Counted from the stretch's first letter, positions 48,846-58,550 are shown. The stretch: 64,000 nucleotides of DNA from an uncultured Campylobacterales bacterium (GCA_947503785.1 CANNFB010000013.1:780-64779), one strand, 5' to 3'. Notes: generated by a model from the sequence alone, not told the origin. Numbers and translations are program-made.

Positions 48846-49282
48846 TGAAAAAAATAATTTTAATACTATTAGTTACAATATTTGCTTATGCAGAATCTAC
48901 ATTTTCAGATCCTAAGCCAACATTTGATGATCCGCGAAAATTAGTTGTTAGATTATATGATTCAAATGTTGAAAAAACAAATCATATTATTGGTACTATT
49001 TACAATATTTTAAAAGAATATCCAGCAGAAACTTTAAAAGTTGTAGTAATTACTTATGGTCCAGGAATGAGACATATTAAAAAAGATGGTGATGCTAATA
49101 CTCTAAAAAGAATTCAATCTTTAATGGAATATGATGTGGAATTTTACGGCTGTAGAAATACTATGGAAAGTATGAAATGGACTGAAGAAGATTTTATAGA
49201 TGATATTATTTATGTTCAAGCTGGCATAGTTGAAGCTATTGAAAAACAAGTAGATGGCTTTATCGGAATTACACCTTACTAA
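48845..49282 (+). CDS. Exported DsrE/DsrF-like protein
   Basis: Signal peptide; VVITYGPG, FYGCRNTM (single Cys), VQAGIVE..EKQ; TAATG coupling to MOSC. Confidence 0.8.
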   Translation: MKKIILILLVTIFAYAESTFSDPKPTFDDPRKLVVRLYDSNVEKTNHIIGTIYNILKEYPAETLKVVVITYGPGMRHIKKDGDANTLKRIQSLMEYDVEFYGCRNTMESMKWTEEDFIDDIIYVQAGIVEAIEKQVDGFIGITPY

Positions 49283-49304
49283 ATCTCTCTTTTAAACTAC
49301 TACT

Positions 49305-49341
49305 TTAAATACTATAAATCTGTAAAAGATTTATAGTATTA
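49305..49341. terminator. Hairpin after dsrE-like gene
   Basis: AATACTATAAATCT-GTAAA-AGATTTATAGTATT. Confidence 0.6.
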
Positions 49342-49430
49342 TTCATAACAAAACCTCTCCTTAAGTTATAATATTTTATTATAAGTGAATTATTTATATA
49401 TTGAAATTAAATACTATTAAGGAGTAAATT

Positions 49431-50213
49431 ATGTTAAAGAATATTTTAGTTGCAGCAATGCTATTTTCTACAAGTCTTTTATTTTCAAAAACTATTACAA
49501 GCCAAGAGTGTAAGGACAAAGGTGAAGGATATATTTATGCTGGAGATGAGTGTATAAACTATGCAATGTTTGAAGGTGATGATAATGATAAGTTAATCAT
49601 CATTGTTCATGGTACATGGGATGAAGGTAGTAATGTACTTGGTCGTTATTCACCATTTGCAGAAAATGTAAATATGTCAACAGATATAAGTACTATTGCC
49701 GTAGCACTTCCTGGATACTCTGAGTCTTCTTTAAATAAGTTAAAATCAATTGGAAGTAAAGAGTATAACCATCAAGCCGCTACAAAAGAGTATGTAGAGT
49801 TTTTAGAAAAATTAGTAATTGCTTTTAAAGATAAATATGAAAGTAAAGAAATTACACTAATCGGGCATTCAGCTGGTGCGATGATAAGTGGATCGCTAGC
49901 TGGTTTAAATAATAGTTTATTAAAAAATGTTGTATTAGTGGCAGGAAGATATGAGAGACCAGATTATGCAAATGAAAAACATCTTTTAGCTATTGATGTT
50001 TTAGATAAGATGAATAAAGATGCAAAGTTTGTAATGATTTATGGAACTAAAGATGAAATATCAAAACCAAGTGTTACAAAAGATTTTTATAATAAAATGA
50101 AAATACATGGACTAAATGTAAAACTTGTTGAAGTAAAAGGTGCAGCTCATATTAATTTAGATATGACAGATACAAGCGTTGAAGCAATTAGTGAATTATT
50201 TGAAGAAGAATAA
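49431..50213 (+). CDS. Exported alpha/beta hydrolase
   Basis: Signal peptide; oxyanion HGT, nucleophile GHSAG, GTKDE, AAH; GGAG RBS. Confidence 0.85.
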   Translation: MLKNILVAAMLFSTSLLFSKTITSQECKDKGEGYIYAGDECINYAMFEGDDNDKLIIIVHGTWDEGSNVLGRYSPFAENVNMSTDISTIAVALPGYSESSLNKLKSIGSKEYNHQAATKEYVEFLEKLVIAFKDKYESKEITLIGHSAGAMISGSLAGLNNSLLKNVVLVAGRYERPDYANEKHLLAIDVLDKMNKDAKFVMIYGTKDEISKPSVTKDFYNKMKIHGLNVKLVEVKGAAHINLDMTDTSVEAISELFEEE

Positions 50214-50291
50214 TTAGCTTTTTAGTTTTAATATATACATTGGTGCATTTATAGTAATATAATGAAATAAAAACTCATTATAGGACTATAA

Positions 50292-51455
50292 ATGGACAAG
50301 AAAAAACAACTTATATTTAACCTAAACAATTTCTTATTATCAACTTCTCATACATTAGATTTTATAGAATCTCAATATAACAATACAAAAAAAAACCATT
50401 CAAAAAAAATTGCTTTTTTATCTTTAAAAATAGCACAAAAACTAAATCTAAATCCAGAAGAAATGTTTGATTTATGTGCTTATAGTTTATGTCATGACAT
50501 TGCTTTAAATGAAGTAGAAATAAAAGATGAAAATTTCGCTAATTTAAGTGAAGAAAAAATTAAAGATTTCCCTTTTCTTTCTAATCATAAAAATGTTCTA
50601 AAGTATCAAAATGAAAAGATTGATGGTAGTGGAATTTTTGGATTAAAAAAAGATGAAATACCTTTACTCTCTAAAATAATAAATTTTTCTCATATTTTAG
50701 ATGAAAAATTTGACTTATCCAAAAAAGACGTTCAAAATAGAAAAGATATTAACAGTTTTGTAAAGAATAATATTAATATTTTATTTGATGAAAATATAGC
50801 AAATATCTTTTTAGAAGAAGTTTCAAAAATTGAATTTTTCTTAGATATAGAAAGTGAAAATGATATTTTACAGTTTATTTTTAATAATTTACATGATTTT
50901 ACAACAGCACTTGATTTTGAAAATGTGTTAAATATAACAAAAATATTTTTAAATATTATAGAACAAGATTCAGCACTAATATCAAATTGTAAGAAAATGT
51001 GTGAATTCTATGAGTTTGAACATAAAGATAAATATACTTTTTTAATTTCTGCATCAATGAGTAAAATAGGTAAGTTACTAATACCTTTAACTATTTTACA
51101 AAAAGAAAATAAGTTAACAGAAAATGAGTATGAAGAAATTAAAGCATATCCTTATCATAATAAAAAGATATTAAGTAATATACTTGGATTTAATGATATT
51201 GCATTATGGTCTAGTAAAATACAAGAATCCCTCGATGAGAGTGGATATCCTTATAATATAAGTGCAAAGGATATGAGTTTAAAGGATAGACTATTAGGCA
51301 GTGTAAATATATATACGGCATTAACTCAAATAAAGAGTTATAGAATTGCATATTCAAAAAGTGAGGCTATTGATATATTAAAAGATATGGCAAAGAATAG
51401 AAAAGTTGATATTTCAATTGTTAATGATATTAATTCTGTATTAGTAGAAGATTAA
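50292..51455 (+). CDS. Tandem HD-GYP-domain protein, degenerate
   Basis: CHDI and EKIDGSG in domain 1; SKIGK, LDESGYP, IYTALT..SYR in domain 2. Confidence 0.8.
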   Translation: MDKKKQLIFNLNNFLLSTSHTLDFIESQYNNTKKNHSKKIAFLSLKIAQKLNLNPEEMFDLCAYSLCHDIALNEVEIKDENFANLSEEKIKDFPFLSNHKNVLKYQNEKIDGSGIFGLKKDEIPLLSKIINFSHILDEKFDLSKKDVQNRKDINSFVKNNINILFDENIANIFLEEVSKIEFFLDIESENDILQFIFNNLHDFTTALDFENVLNITKIFLNIIEQDSALISNCKKMCEFYEFEHKDKYTFLISASMSKIGKLLIPLTILQKENKLTENEYEEIKAYPYHNKKILSNILGFNDIALWSSKIQESLDESGYPYNISAKDMSLKDRLLGSVNIYTALTQIKSYRIAYSKSEAIDILKDMAKNRKVDISIVNDINSVLVED

Positions 51456-51578
51456 ATTATTTAATTATTTAATATATTAAAATAAAAATTTTATAAATAA
51501 TAATATTAAAACACTTGGAATATTAAAGCTTTTATAGATAGTATATAGATATAAAATTAAAAAATAATGGAGAATACC

Positions 51579-54461
51579 ATGTTCACAAATATCTCTATAA
51601 AAGTGAAGCTATTAATATTAGCACTATTTACAATAATATTAGTATCTTTATCTATTGCAATTGAGTCTATTTATTCAATTAATGAATTTTCTCATGAAAA
51701 TGTTGAGAAATATAAGAAAGATTCTTATGCTAAAAAGGAAGAGGAGTTAAAGAACTATATTTCTTTGGCTATGAAAACAGTTGAATCGTATCATAAAAGA
51801 ACAGCTATTGATAAAATTAAAATAGAAGTTCAGGAAGATTTAAAAACGCATACAAATTTTTTATTTTCTATTCTTGAAGGTGAGTATATTAAATTAAAAG
51901 ATATTCTATCAGAAGATGCTCTTAAGTTTAGATTAAAAACTATTGTTGAAGAATCTAGATATGGAGATAGTGGATATTTTTGGATTAATGATACAGATGC
52001 AGTTATCGTTATGCATCCTATTAAACCACAACTAAATGGTAAAGATCTTATTAATTATAAAGATAAAGGTGGAAAACAAATCTTCAAAGAGTTTGCTTCT
52101 GTTGCAAAAGCAAAAGGTGAAGGGTTTGTTGATTATGTATGGCCTAAACCAGGATTTGAAACACCACAACCAAAAGTTTCTTTTGTAAAACTATTTAAAG
52201 AATATAATTGGGTTATAGGAACAGGAGAGTATGTATCTGATGTTTCTACAAAAATAAAAAAAGAAGCTTTAAAAACAATTAGTAAAATGAGATATGGAAA
52301 AGATGGATATTTTTGGATTAATGATTCACATCCAACTATGGTTATGCATTCAGTAAAACCTAGCTTAGATGGAAAGGACTTATCAAATGTTCAAGATAAA
52401 GCAGGAAAATATTTATTTAAAGAATTTTCAGTAGTTGCAAATGAAAAGACTGAAGGTGGATTAGTTAAATATATGTGGCCAAAACCAAACTTTGAAGCAC
52501 CACAGCAAAAGTTTTCTTACGTTCAAAGATTCCCTGAATGGGATTGGATTATAGGAACTGGTGTTTATGTAGATGATATAGAAGCTGATATATCTTTAAT
52601 GAGAAAACAAACTTCAGAAAAAATTGATAGTATTATAATAAATATTGTTATTTTTTCTTTAATAGCAGTATTCTTAGTTTATATAATATATTCATTTTTA
52701 ATTAATAGAGCAATTATTAGACCTCTTAATAATTTAAATAAAGCTATTGAAAATATGAGTGATGCTAGTTCTAATATCAATGAGATTGAAAAACATTCTA
52801 ACGATGAGGTTGGAAATCTTGTAGATAGTTTCAATGGATATATACGAAAATTAAGAGAAGGTGTTGAGCTTGACGCAAAAGTGATTAAAGAAGTTGATGA
52901 AGTAATTGCTAAAGTAAATAATGGTTTTTATGTCTACAAGGTAGAAAAAAATTCTGATAATCCTCAAATTCAAGAATTAAAAGATTCAATAAACTCAATG
53001 ATTGAAAAAACAAATGAAAACTTAAGTGTTTTAAATAATACTTTACTAAGATATGGAAGTTCTGATTTCACAGTTGATAAAAATAGTACTAGAAGTGAAG
53101 TAAGTGGTATTATTTCATCAATTAACGCAAGTACTAAATTGATTGGGGTTACTGTTTCAGAATTTTTATCTATGATTGTCTCTAGTGGTAAAAAGTTAAA
53201 TGAAGATACAAATATCTTATCAAGTTCAGCTAATAGTTTATCAAGCTCTGCAAATGAACAAGCAGCTTCGTTAGAAGAAACAGCTGCAGCTTTAGAAGAA
53301 GTTACTTCTATTGTTAAATCGAATGTTCAAAAAGTAAAAGAAATGTCATCTTTAGCTAGTGACTTACAAAATTCATCTAGTGAAGGTGAAAAATTAGCTT
53401 CTCGAACTACACAAGCAATGGATGATATTGATAAGCAAGTTACTTCAATTAATGATGCAATCACAGTAATTGATCAAATTGCATTCCAAACAAATATTCT
53501 TTCATTAAATGCAGCAGTAGAAGCTGCAACTGCAGGTGAAGCTGGAAAAGGATTTGCTGTAGTTGCAGCTGAAGTACGAAATCTTGCTAATAGATCAGCT
53601 GAAGCTGCAAAAGAGATAAAAGGTATTGTTGAAACAGCTACATCAAAAGCAAATGAAGGAAAAATAATTGCTAATGATATGATTGGTGGATATACAAAAC
53701 TTAATAATAATATTAATAAAACAATAGAATTAATTGAAGATGTTTCATCTGCTAGTGTTGAAGAAGAGAGTGGTATTGTTCAAATTAATGATGCTGTAAA
53801 TGCGCTTGACCAAGCAACACAAGTAAATGCAAGTTCTGCAACAACGATAAGTAATTTAGCAAATGAAGTTTCAGGTTTATCTGAGAACTTATTAAAAATT
53901 GCAGATAGAGCAAAATTTAATGTATCAAATGCTAGTGAAATTTCTGATATTGATTTAGTATTTAAAATTTCAAAATTAAAAAATGATCATGTGAAATTCA
54001 AAAATACAAATTTTGAAAAAATAGGAATAACTACAACTTCATGGACAGTTACAAAGCCAACTGAATGTGATTTAGGTAAATGGATAGTAGAACAGGAACA
54101 AAGTGGAAAAGAATTTACAAAAAATGCAAATTGGAAAAACTTAAAACAAAATCATGATGATGTTCATAACAATGTTCAAGATTATGTAGATGAAACTTGT
54201 AAAAAAGAATCGGATAATAATATTTTGAGTCAATTTTCTAATAATTTAGATACAGCTACAGAAGAAGTATTTAAATCTCTTGATCAAATAAAAAAAGACA
54301 ATGTTGCACAAAAAGTAGAGAAAACAAATAGAATTACAGAAGTTATAAAAGAAGTATCACCTCGAACATCAAGTCCTAGACCATCAGCTTCAAGGCCAGC
54401 TCCAACTAGAATAGTTGAAGCAAAACCATCGAAAGATGATGATGAGTGGGAAAGCTTTTAA
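51579..54461 (+). CDS. Methyl-accepting chemotaxis protein: two Cache_2 domains, HAMP, MCP signal, C-terminal CZB, EWESF tail
   Basis: Two GYFWIND..YxWPKP..W.IGTG repeats; IAFQTNILSLNAAVEAATAGEAGKGFAVVA; DH..ECDLGKW..H..VH. ATG 51579 follows GGAG. Confidence 0.93.
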   Translation: MFTNISIKVKLLILALFTIILVSLSIAIESIYSINEFSHENVEKYKKDSYAKKEEELKNYISLAMKTVESYHKRTAIDKIKIEVQEDLKTHTNFLFSILEGEYIKLKDILSEDALKFRLKTIVEESRYGDSGYFWINDTDAVIVMHPIKPQLNGKDLINYKDKGGKQIFKEFASVAKAKGEGFVDYVWPKPGFETPQPKVSFVKLFKEYNWVIGTGEYVSDVSTKIKKEALKTISKMRYGKDGYFWINDSHPTMVMHSVKPSLDGKDLSNVQDKAGKYLFKEFSVVANEKTEGGLVKYMWPKPNFEAPQQKFSYVQRFPEWDWIIGTGVYVDDIEADISLMRKQTSEKIDSIIINIVIFSLIAVFLVYIIYSFLINRAIIRPLNNLNKAIENMSDASSNINEIEKHSNDEVGNLVDSFNGYIRKLREGVELDAKVIKEVDEVIAKVNNGFYVYKVEKNSDNPQIQELKDSINSMIEKTNENLSVLNNTLLRYGSSDFTVDKNSTRSEVSGIISSINASTKLIGVTVSEFLSMIVSSGKKLNEDTNILSSSANSLSSSANEQAASLEETAAALEEVTSIVKSNVQKVKEMSSLASDLQNSSSEGEKLASRTTQAMDDIDKQVTSINDAITVIDQIAFQTNILSLNAAVEAATAGEAGKGFAVVAAEVRNLANRSAEAAKEIKGIVETATSKANEGKIIANDMIGGYTKLNNNINKTIELIEDVSSASVEEESGIVQINDAVNALDQATQVNASSATTISNLANEVSGLSENLLKIADRAKFNVSNASEISDIDLVFKISKLKNDHVKFKNTNFEKIGITTTSWTVTKPTECDLGKWIVEQEQSGKEFTKNANWKNLKQNHDDVHNNVQDYVDETCKKESDNNILSQFSNNLDTATEEVFKSLDQIKKDNVAQKVEKTNRITEVIKEVSPRTSSPRPSASRPAPTRIVEAKPSKDDDEWESF
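51971..52580 (+). repeat. Intragenic tandem duplication (two Cache domains, 333-nt offset)
   Basis: Identical 22-mer TGGATATTTTTGGATTAATGAT at 51971 and 52304, with continued similarity downstream. Confidence 0.85.
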
Positions 54462-54472
54462 AAGCTTTCTTG

Positions 54473-55147
54473 CTAGTTAGGTTTAATAGATGGAAGTCCT
54501 AAAGTTAACCATGATTGAATTCCACCTCGATACCATTTAAGTTTCTCTTCTGGATATCCAATAGAAATTAAATTTTTCATAGATAAAGGTGATTGTCCAC
54601 ACCAAACACCATTACAAAATAGTAATAGCTCTTTAGCATTTGTAAAATCATATCCATCTTTTGTAACTTCAACACCAATTGTGTCAAGTGCATCTAAAAA
54701 ATCATCAGGATATTGACCTTTATTTAAATGAATAAATGGAATATTTATAGCACTAGGAATTGTTTGGTTTAAATACCAATCAACAGTTCTTGAATCTACT
54801 AAAAGCATATTTTCATTATCACTTGCTTTATCCATAAATTCTAAAACTTCAACTTCACCATATGTTTCAATATCAGGTGAAAACTTAATTGGAGATATTT
54901 TCCCTAAATATGTAATAACTGTTGTTTTACAATTCTCAGGTACCTTTGCATCAACTAAATTACCACCTAAAATATTTTTTGGTGAAAATTTTACACTTTT
55001 ACAATTTTCTGGAGTTTCTCTTTTTATTGTAATATTTTTATCTTCATCATTTGAATCAGTGTATGTAACTTCAACGCCTGTATTTTGTAAGTCACTTGCA
55101 CTTAAAAGTAAGCTTGCAAGTAAGCTTGTTAATATAATCTTTTTCAT
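54473..55147 (-). CDS. Second periplasmic SoxL-like rhodanese
   Basis: Signal peptide; VDSR, IPSAINIP, CNGVWCGQSP, WYRGGIQSW; paralogous to 45037-45690. Confidence 0.85.
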   Translation of the reverse strand: MKKIILTSLLASLLLSASDLQNTGVEVTYTDSNDEDKNITIKRETPENCKSVKFSPKNILGGNLVDAKVPENCKTTVITYLGKISPIKFSPDIETYGEVEVLEFMDKASDNENMLLVDSRTVDWYLNQTIPSAINIPFIHLNKGQYPDDFLDALDTIGVEVTKDGYDFTNAKELLLFCNGVWCGQSPLSMKNLISIGYPEEKLKWYRGGIQSWLTLGLPSIKPN

Positions 55148-55296
55148 TTTAATCCTTTTTATTTTAATTCTTTTATAATTATATATTATTAATGTAAAAG
55201 TTGACTAAAATAGTTTGATATTAAAATTATATAAAATTTAGGTATAATTGCGAAATTTTAAAAAATATAAATGATAAAGATTATTAAGGAAATATT

Positions 55297-56577
55297 ATGA
55301 ATAATAAAAAAGTAGAATTATTATCACCAGCAGGAAGCTTAGAAAAATTAAAAATTGCTATTAATTATGGTGCAGATGCAGTATATGCAGGCGTTAGCCA
55401 TTTTTCTTTAAGAATTAGAGCGGGAAAAGAATTCAGTTTTGAGACATTTAAAGAAGGTATTGATTATGCACATGCACGTGGAAAAAAAGTGTATGCAACT
55501 ATTAATGGTTTTCCTTTTAACTCGCAAATTGATTTACTAAAAAAACATATTGAAAACATGGCAGCACTTAAACCAGATGGTTTTATTGTAGCCGCACCTG
55601 GTGTTGTTCGATTATGTAGGGAAATTGCACCTGAGATTGATATTCATTTATCAACACAAGCCAATGTACTTAATTATCTAGATGCACAAGTATTCTGGGA
55701 TATGGGTGTTAAAAGAATTGTTGTTGCACGTGAAATTTCACTAAAAGATGTAATTCAAATTAAAAAGCATTTACCAGAAATGGAAATTGAGATTTTTGTA
55801 CATGGTTCTATGTGTTTCGCATATTCAGGTAGATGTTTAATTTCAGCAGTTCAAAGTGGACGTGTTCCTAATCGTGGTTCATGTGCAAATGACTGTAGAT
55901 TTGATTATACTTTATATGCTGAAAGTGAAAAGGAAGGTACTCTATTTAGAATAGAAGAAGATCCAGGAGTTGGTACTTATATCTTTAACTCAAAAGATAT
56001 GAACCTAGCTTCACATATTCAAGAAATTATGGATTCAGGAGCAGTTGATTCACTTAAGATTGAAGGTAGAACTAAATCTCCATATTATGCAGCAGTAACT
56101 GCAAACGCATATAGAGAAGCTATTGATGATTATTATGCTGGAACTTTTGATGCAGATAAATATCAAAGAGAGTTACATACTACAAAAAATAGAGGATTCA
56201 CGGATGCTTATTTAGTGCATAGGCCATTTGATAAGTTAGATTCACAAAACCATAAATATGCAATTTCTACAGGTTCTTATGAAGTAACAGGACTAATTAC
56301 TGAAGACGAAAAACATTTTATGTGTAAATATAAAGTTTATCCAAATCAAGATATTGAGATATTCCCTCCAAGAAATAATGAAATTGAAGAGTGTGAAAAT
56401 GAAATTGGTAAGATTTTTAAAAATGAAGATGGAGTTTATTACATTAACTTCAAAAAAATATTAACTGAAACAAATAAAGAGATGGAATCAGTACATAGTG
56501 GTAATACAAATAAGATTCAACTACCAGGAAAATTACCTTATTTAACAATGTTAAGAACTGAAAATACTGAAATATAA
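55297..56577 (+). CDS. Peptidase U32 family protein (TrhP/YegQ-like tRNA hydroxylase)
   Basis: ELLSPAG, GADAVYAG, HGSMCFAYSGRCLIS, GSCANDCR (Fe-S Cys), SLKIEGRTKS. Confidence 0.88.
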   Translation: MNNKKVELLSPAGSLEKLKIAINYGADAVYAGVSHFSLRIRAGKEFSFETFKEGIDYAHARGKKVYATINGFPFNSQIDLLKKHIENMAALKPDGFIVAAPGVVRLCREIAPEIDIHLSTQANVLNYLDAQVFWDMGVKRIVVAREISLKDVIQIKKHLPEMEIEIFVHGSMCFAYSGRCLISAVQSGRVPNRGSCANDCRFDYTLYAESEKEGTLFRIEEDPGVGTYIFNSKDMNLASHIQEIMDSGAVDSLKIEGRTKSPYYAAVTANAYREAIDDYYAGTFDADKYQRELHTTKNRGFTDAYLVHRPFDKLDSQNHKYAISTGSYEVTGLITEDEKHFMCKYKVYPNQDIEIFPPRNNEIEECENEIGKIFKNEDGVYYINFKKILTETNKEMESVHSGNTNKIQLPGKLPYLTMLRTENTEI

Positions 56578-56591
56578 TTGTGCAGCACTAG

Positions 56592-57899
56592 ATGATTTTT
56601 TTTAGAGTTTCTCAAAATATTAATATCAAAACAACTGATGGCACTTTGGTTAATTACTATAAGTTCAAAATGCCATCGAACTTAGAAAATGATACAGTTT
56701 ATATTACAAGTGAAAAAGATTTTATTGATTTAAAAAGAGTCTTTAAAAATGTAGATAAAGATAAATATACTACTAGACTTTTGAAAGAAACTAAGGTAAG
56801 AGAATTAGAATCTTTTCCTATTGAACTAGGTATCTGTAATAAAAATGAGTATTTAAAGTCCTTAAAATTTAAAAACAGTACTGAAAAAAATCTTATAAAA
56901 AATGAAGATGAAATACTATCTTTATTTGATGAATCTCAAAAAGTTGATATTTATAAGCAACTAATTAAGAAGAATAAAGAAGAAATATCTATTGTTATTA
57001 TTGGTGGGATAGGTAAAACTATTAGTGAAATAATTTCTTCTTCTACTGCTTTACGAATTTTATATAATAAATTAAATGAGCTTTATAAAAGTGTAAAAAT
57101 GGATGTTTTTATTGATGCATCAAATAATAGTTTCTACTCACGAGATAAGCAAATTTATTTAAAACAAAAATTTATAAATAATGTATTGCCTTTAAGTATT
57201 ACAAGTAAAAAACTTTGTTCTTATGATTATTTTATAGACAATAGTTCAGTTATGGAAAAAGCAGCTTACTTTAATAATTTAAATATAGTTGATGCATGGC
57301 TATATAAGTTTGGTATAGACTATAAGTCTGTATCATTTTTAGAAAAGCATAATGAATTAAATATTGATAATATAAAAGTTTCAAATACTTTAGAAGAAAA
57401 ACTAAAGTCTTTAAAAGTAAAAGGAAAACTTCTTCTATTTCATCCTTTTTCTGCAAATGCAAGTAAAACAATTCCCCAAAATATTGCTTCTTCAATGTTG
57501 AATGAATTATTATTGAAAATTGATGGATACACAATAATATCAACATTAAATATTGATTCAAAGATTATTGATGATAGGTTTGTAAACTTATCAAAAGAGT
57601 CTAAAACAATTAATGATTTTATCTATATTATTTCTAGTATGGATTCAATTATTACAGCAGATACTTCTACTTTTCATATCTCTGATGCCTTTATGATTCC
57701 CACAATTGTTTTATCAACGAATACCCAAATTGACAAAAAAACAAAGTACTATAAACATCTTAAAACTATTAAAATTAAAGATAAATCTAAGTCTTTATCT
57801 AAGTTTATTTATGACAATGATTCTTTGACTTTATATAAATATAAATCATGGCAAAGCCTTAAAATATCGAAGATTATAAAACTATTAGATACTTTTTGA
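56592..57899 (+). CDS. GT9-like (heptosyltransferase-fold) glycosyltransferase with N-terminal extension
   Basis: LFHPFSAN..K and DSIITADTSTFHISDAFMIPTIVL resemble the GT9 C-terminal signature. Confidence 0.65.
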   Translation: MIFFRVSQNINIKTTDGTLVNYYKFKMPSNLENDTVYITSEKDFIDLKRVFKNVDKDKYTTRLLKETKVRELESFPIELGICNKNEYLKSLKFKNSTEKNLIKNEDEILSLFDESQKVDIYKQLIKKNKEEISIVIIGGIGKTISEIISSSTALRILYNKLNELYKSVKMDVFIDASNNSFYSRDKQIYLKQKFINNVLPLSITSKKLCSYDYFIDNSSVMEKAAYFNNLNIVDAWLYKFGIDYKSVSFLEKHNELNIDNIKVSNTLEEKLKSLKVKGKLLLFHPFSANASKTIPQNIASSMLNELLLKIDGYTIISTLNIDSKIIDDRFVNLSKESKTINDFIYIISSMDSIITADTSTFHISDAFMIPTIVLSTNTQIDKKTKYYKHLKTIKIKDKSKSLSKFIYDNDSLTLYKYKSWQSLKISKIIKLLDTF

Positions 57900-57936
57900 T
57901 ATAATCGTGTTTTTATATAAAAACAAGGATTTTAAA

Positions 57937-58431
57937 ATGAATTTTGTATCAATTATTATGGGTAGTAAATCTGACTATGAAATTATGAAGCACTGTGCTG
58001 ATACTTTTGAAAAATTTAATGTAAGATATGAACTTATTATATCTTCAGCTCACAGGTCTCCTGCTAGAACTAAGACTTACATTAAAGAAGCAGAAGAAAA
58101 AGGTGCTGTTGCATTTATAGCTGCTGCTGGTATGGCAGCACACTTAGCAGGAGCACTTGCTGCTGGTACAACTAAACCTGTTATTGGAGTTCCAATGAAA
58201 GGCGGAGCGATGGATGGTATGGATGCAATGCTTTCAACTGTTCAAATGCCTGCAGGAATGCCTGTTGGAACTGTAGCTCTTGGAAGATCAGGTGCTATTA
58301 ATGCTGCATATTTTGCAATGCAAATACTTGCAATTTCTGATAAAGAGTTAGCTATTAAATTAAAAGAAGATAGAATTGTTCAAGCTAAAAAAGTTGAAAC
58401 TGATTCACTTGAAATAGAAGTAATTCTATAA
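57937..58431 (+). CDS. purE: N5-CAIR mutase PurE
   Basis: IIMGSKSD, SAHRSP, AGMAAHL, STVQMP.GMPV. ATG 57937 follows AAGGA. Confidence 0.98.
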   Translation: MNFVSIIMGSKSDYEIMKHCADTFEKFNVRYELIISSAHRSPARTKTYIKEAEEKGAVAFIAAAGMAAHLAGALAAGTTKPVIGVPMKGGAMDGMDAMLSTVQMPAGMPVGTVALGRSGAINAAYFAMQILAISDKELAIKLKEDRIVQAKKVETDSLEIEVIL

Positions 58432-58432
58432 T

Positions 58433-58468
58433 AAAAACAAGTACTATTTTTAGTACTTGTTTTTTTAC
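58433..58468. terminator. Intrinsic terminator after purE
   Basis: AAAAACAAGTACTA-TTTT-TAGTACTTGTTTTT followed by more T. Confidence 0.8.
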
Positions 58469-58550
58469 TTAAAAAGATACAACTGTATCGAGACAATGCA
58501 TTAAAATTTATAATTTTATTATAATAAATTAAAAATTAGGGATTAAATAG

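Noticed and set aside
39753-49390. CTCCTT..ATAAGT shared between the soxC and alpha/beta hydrolase upstream regions
   Set aside because: The spacing differs (20 vs 24 nt) and the words are short in AT-rich DNA.
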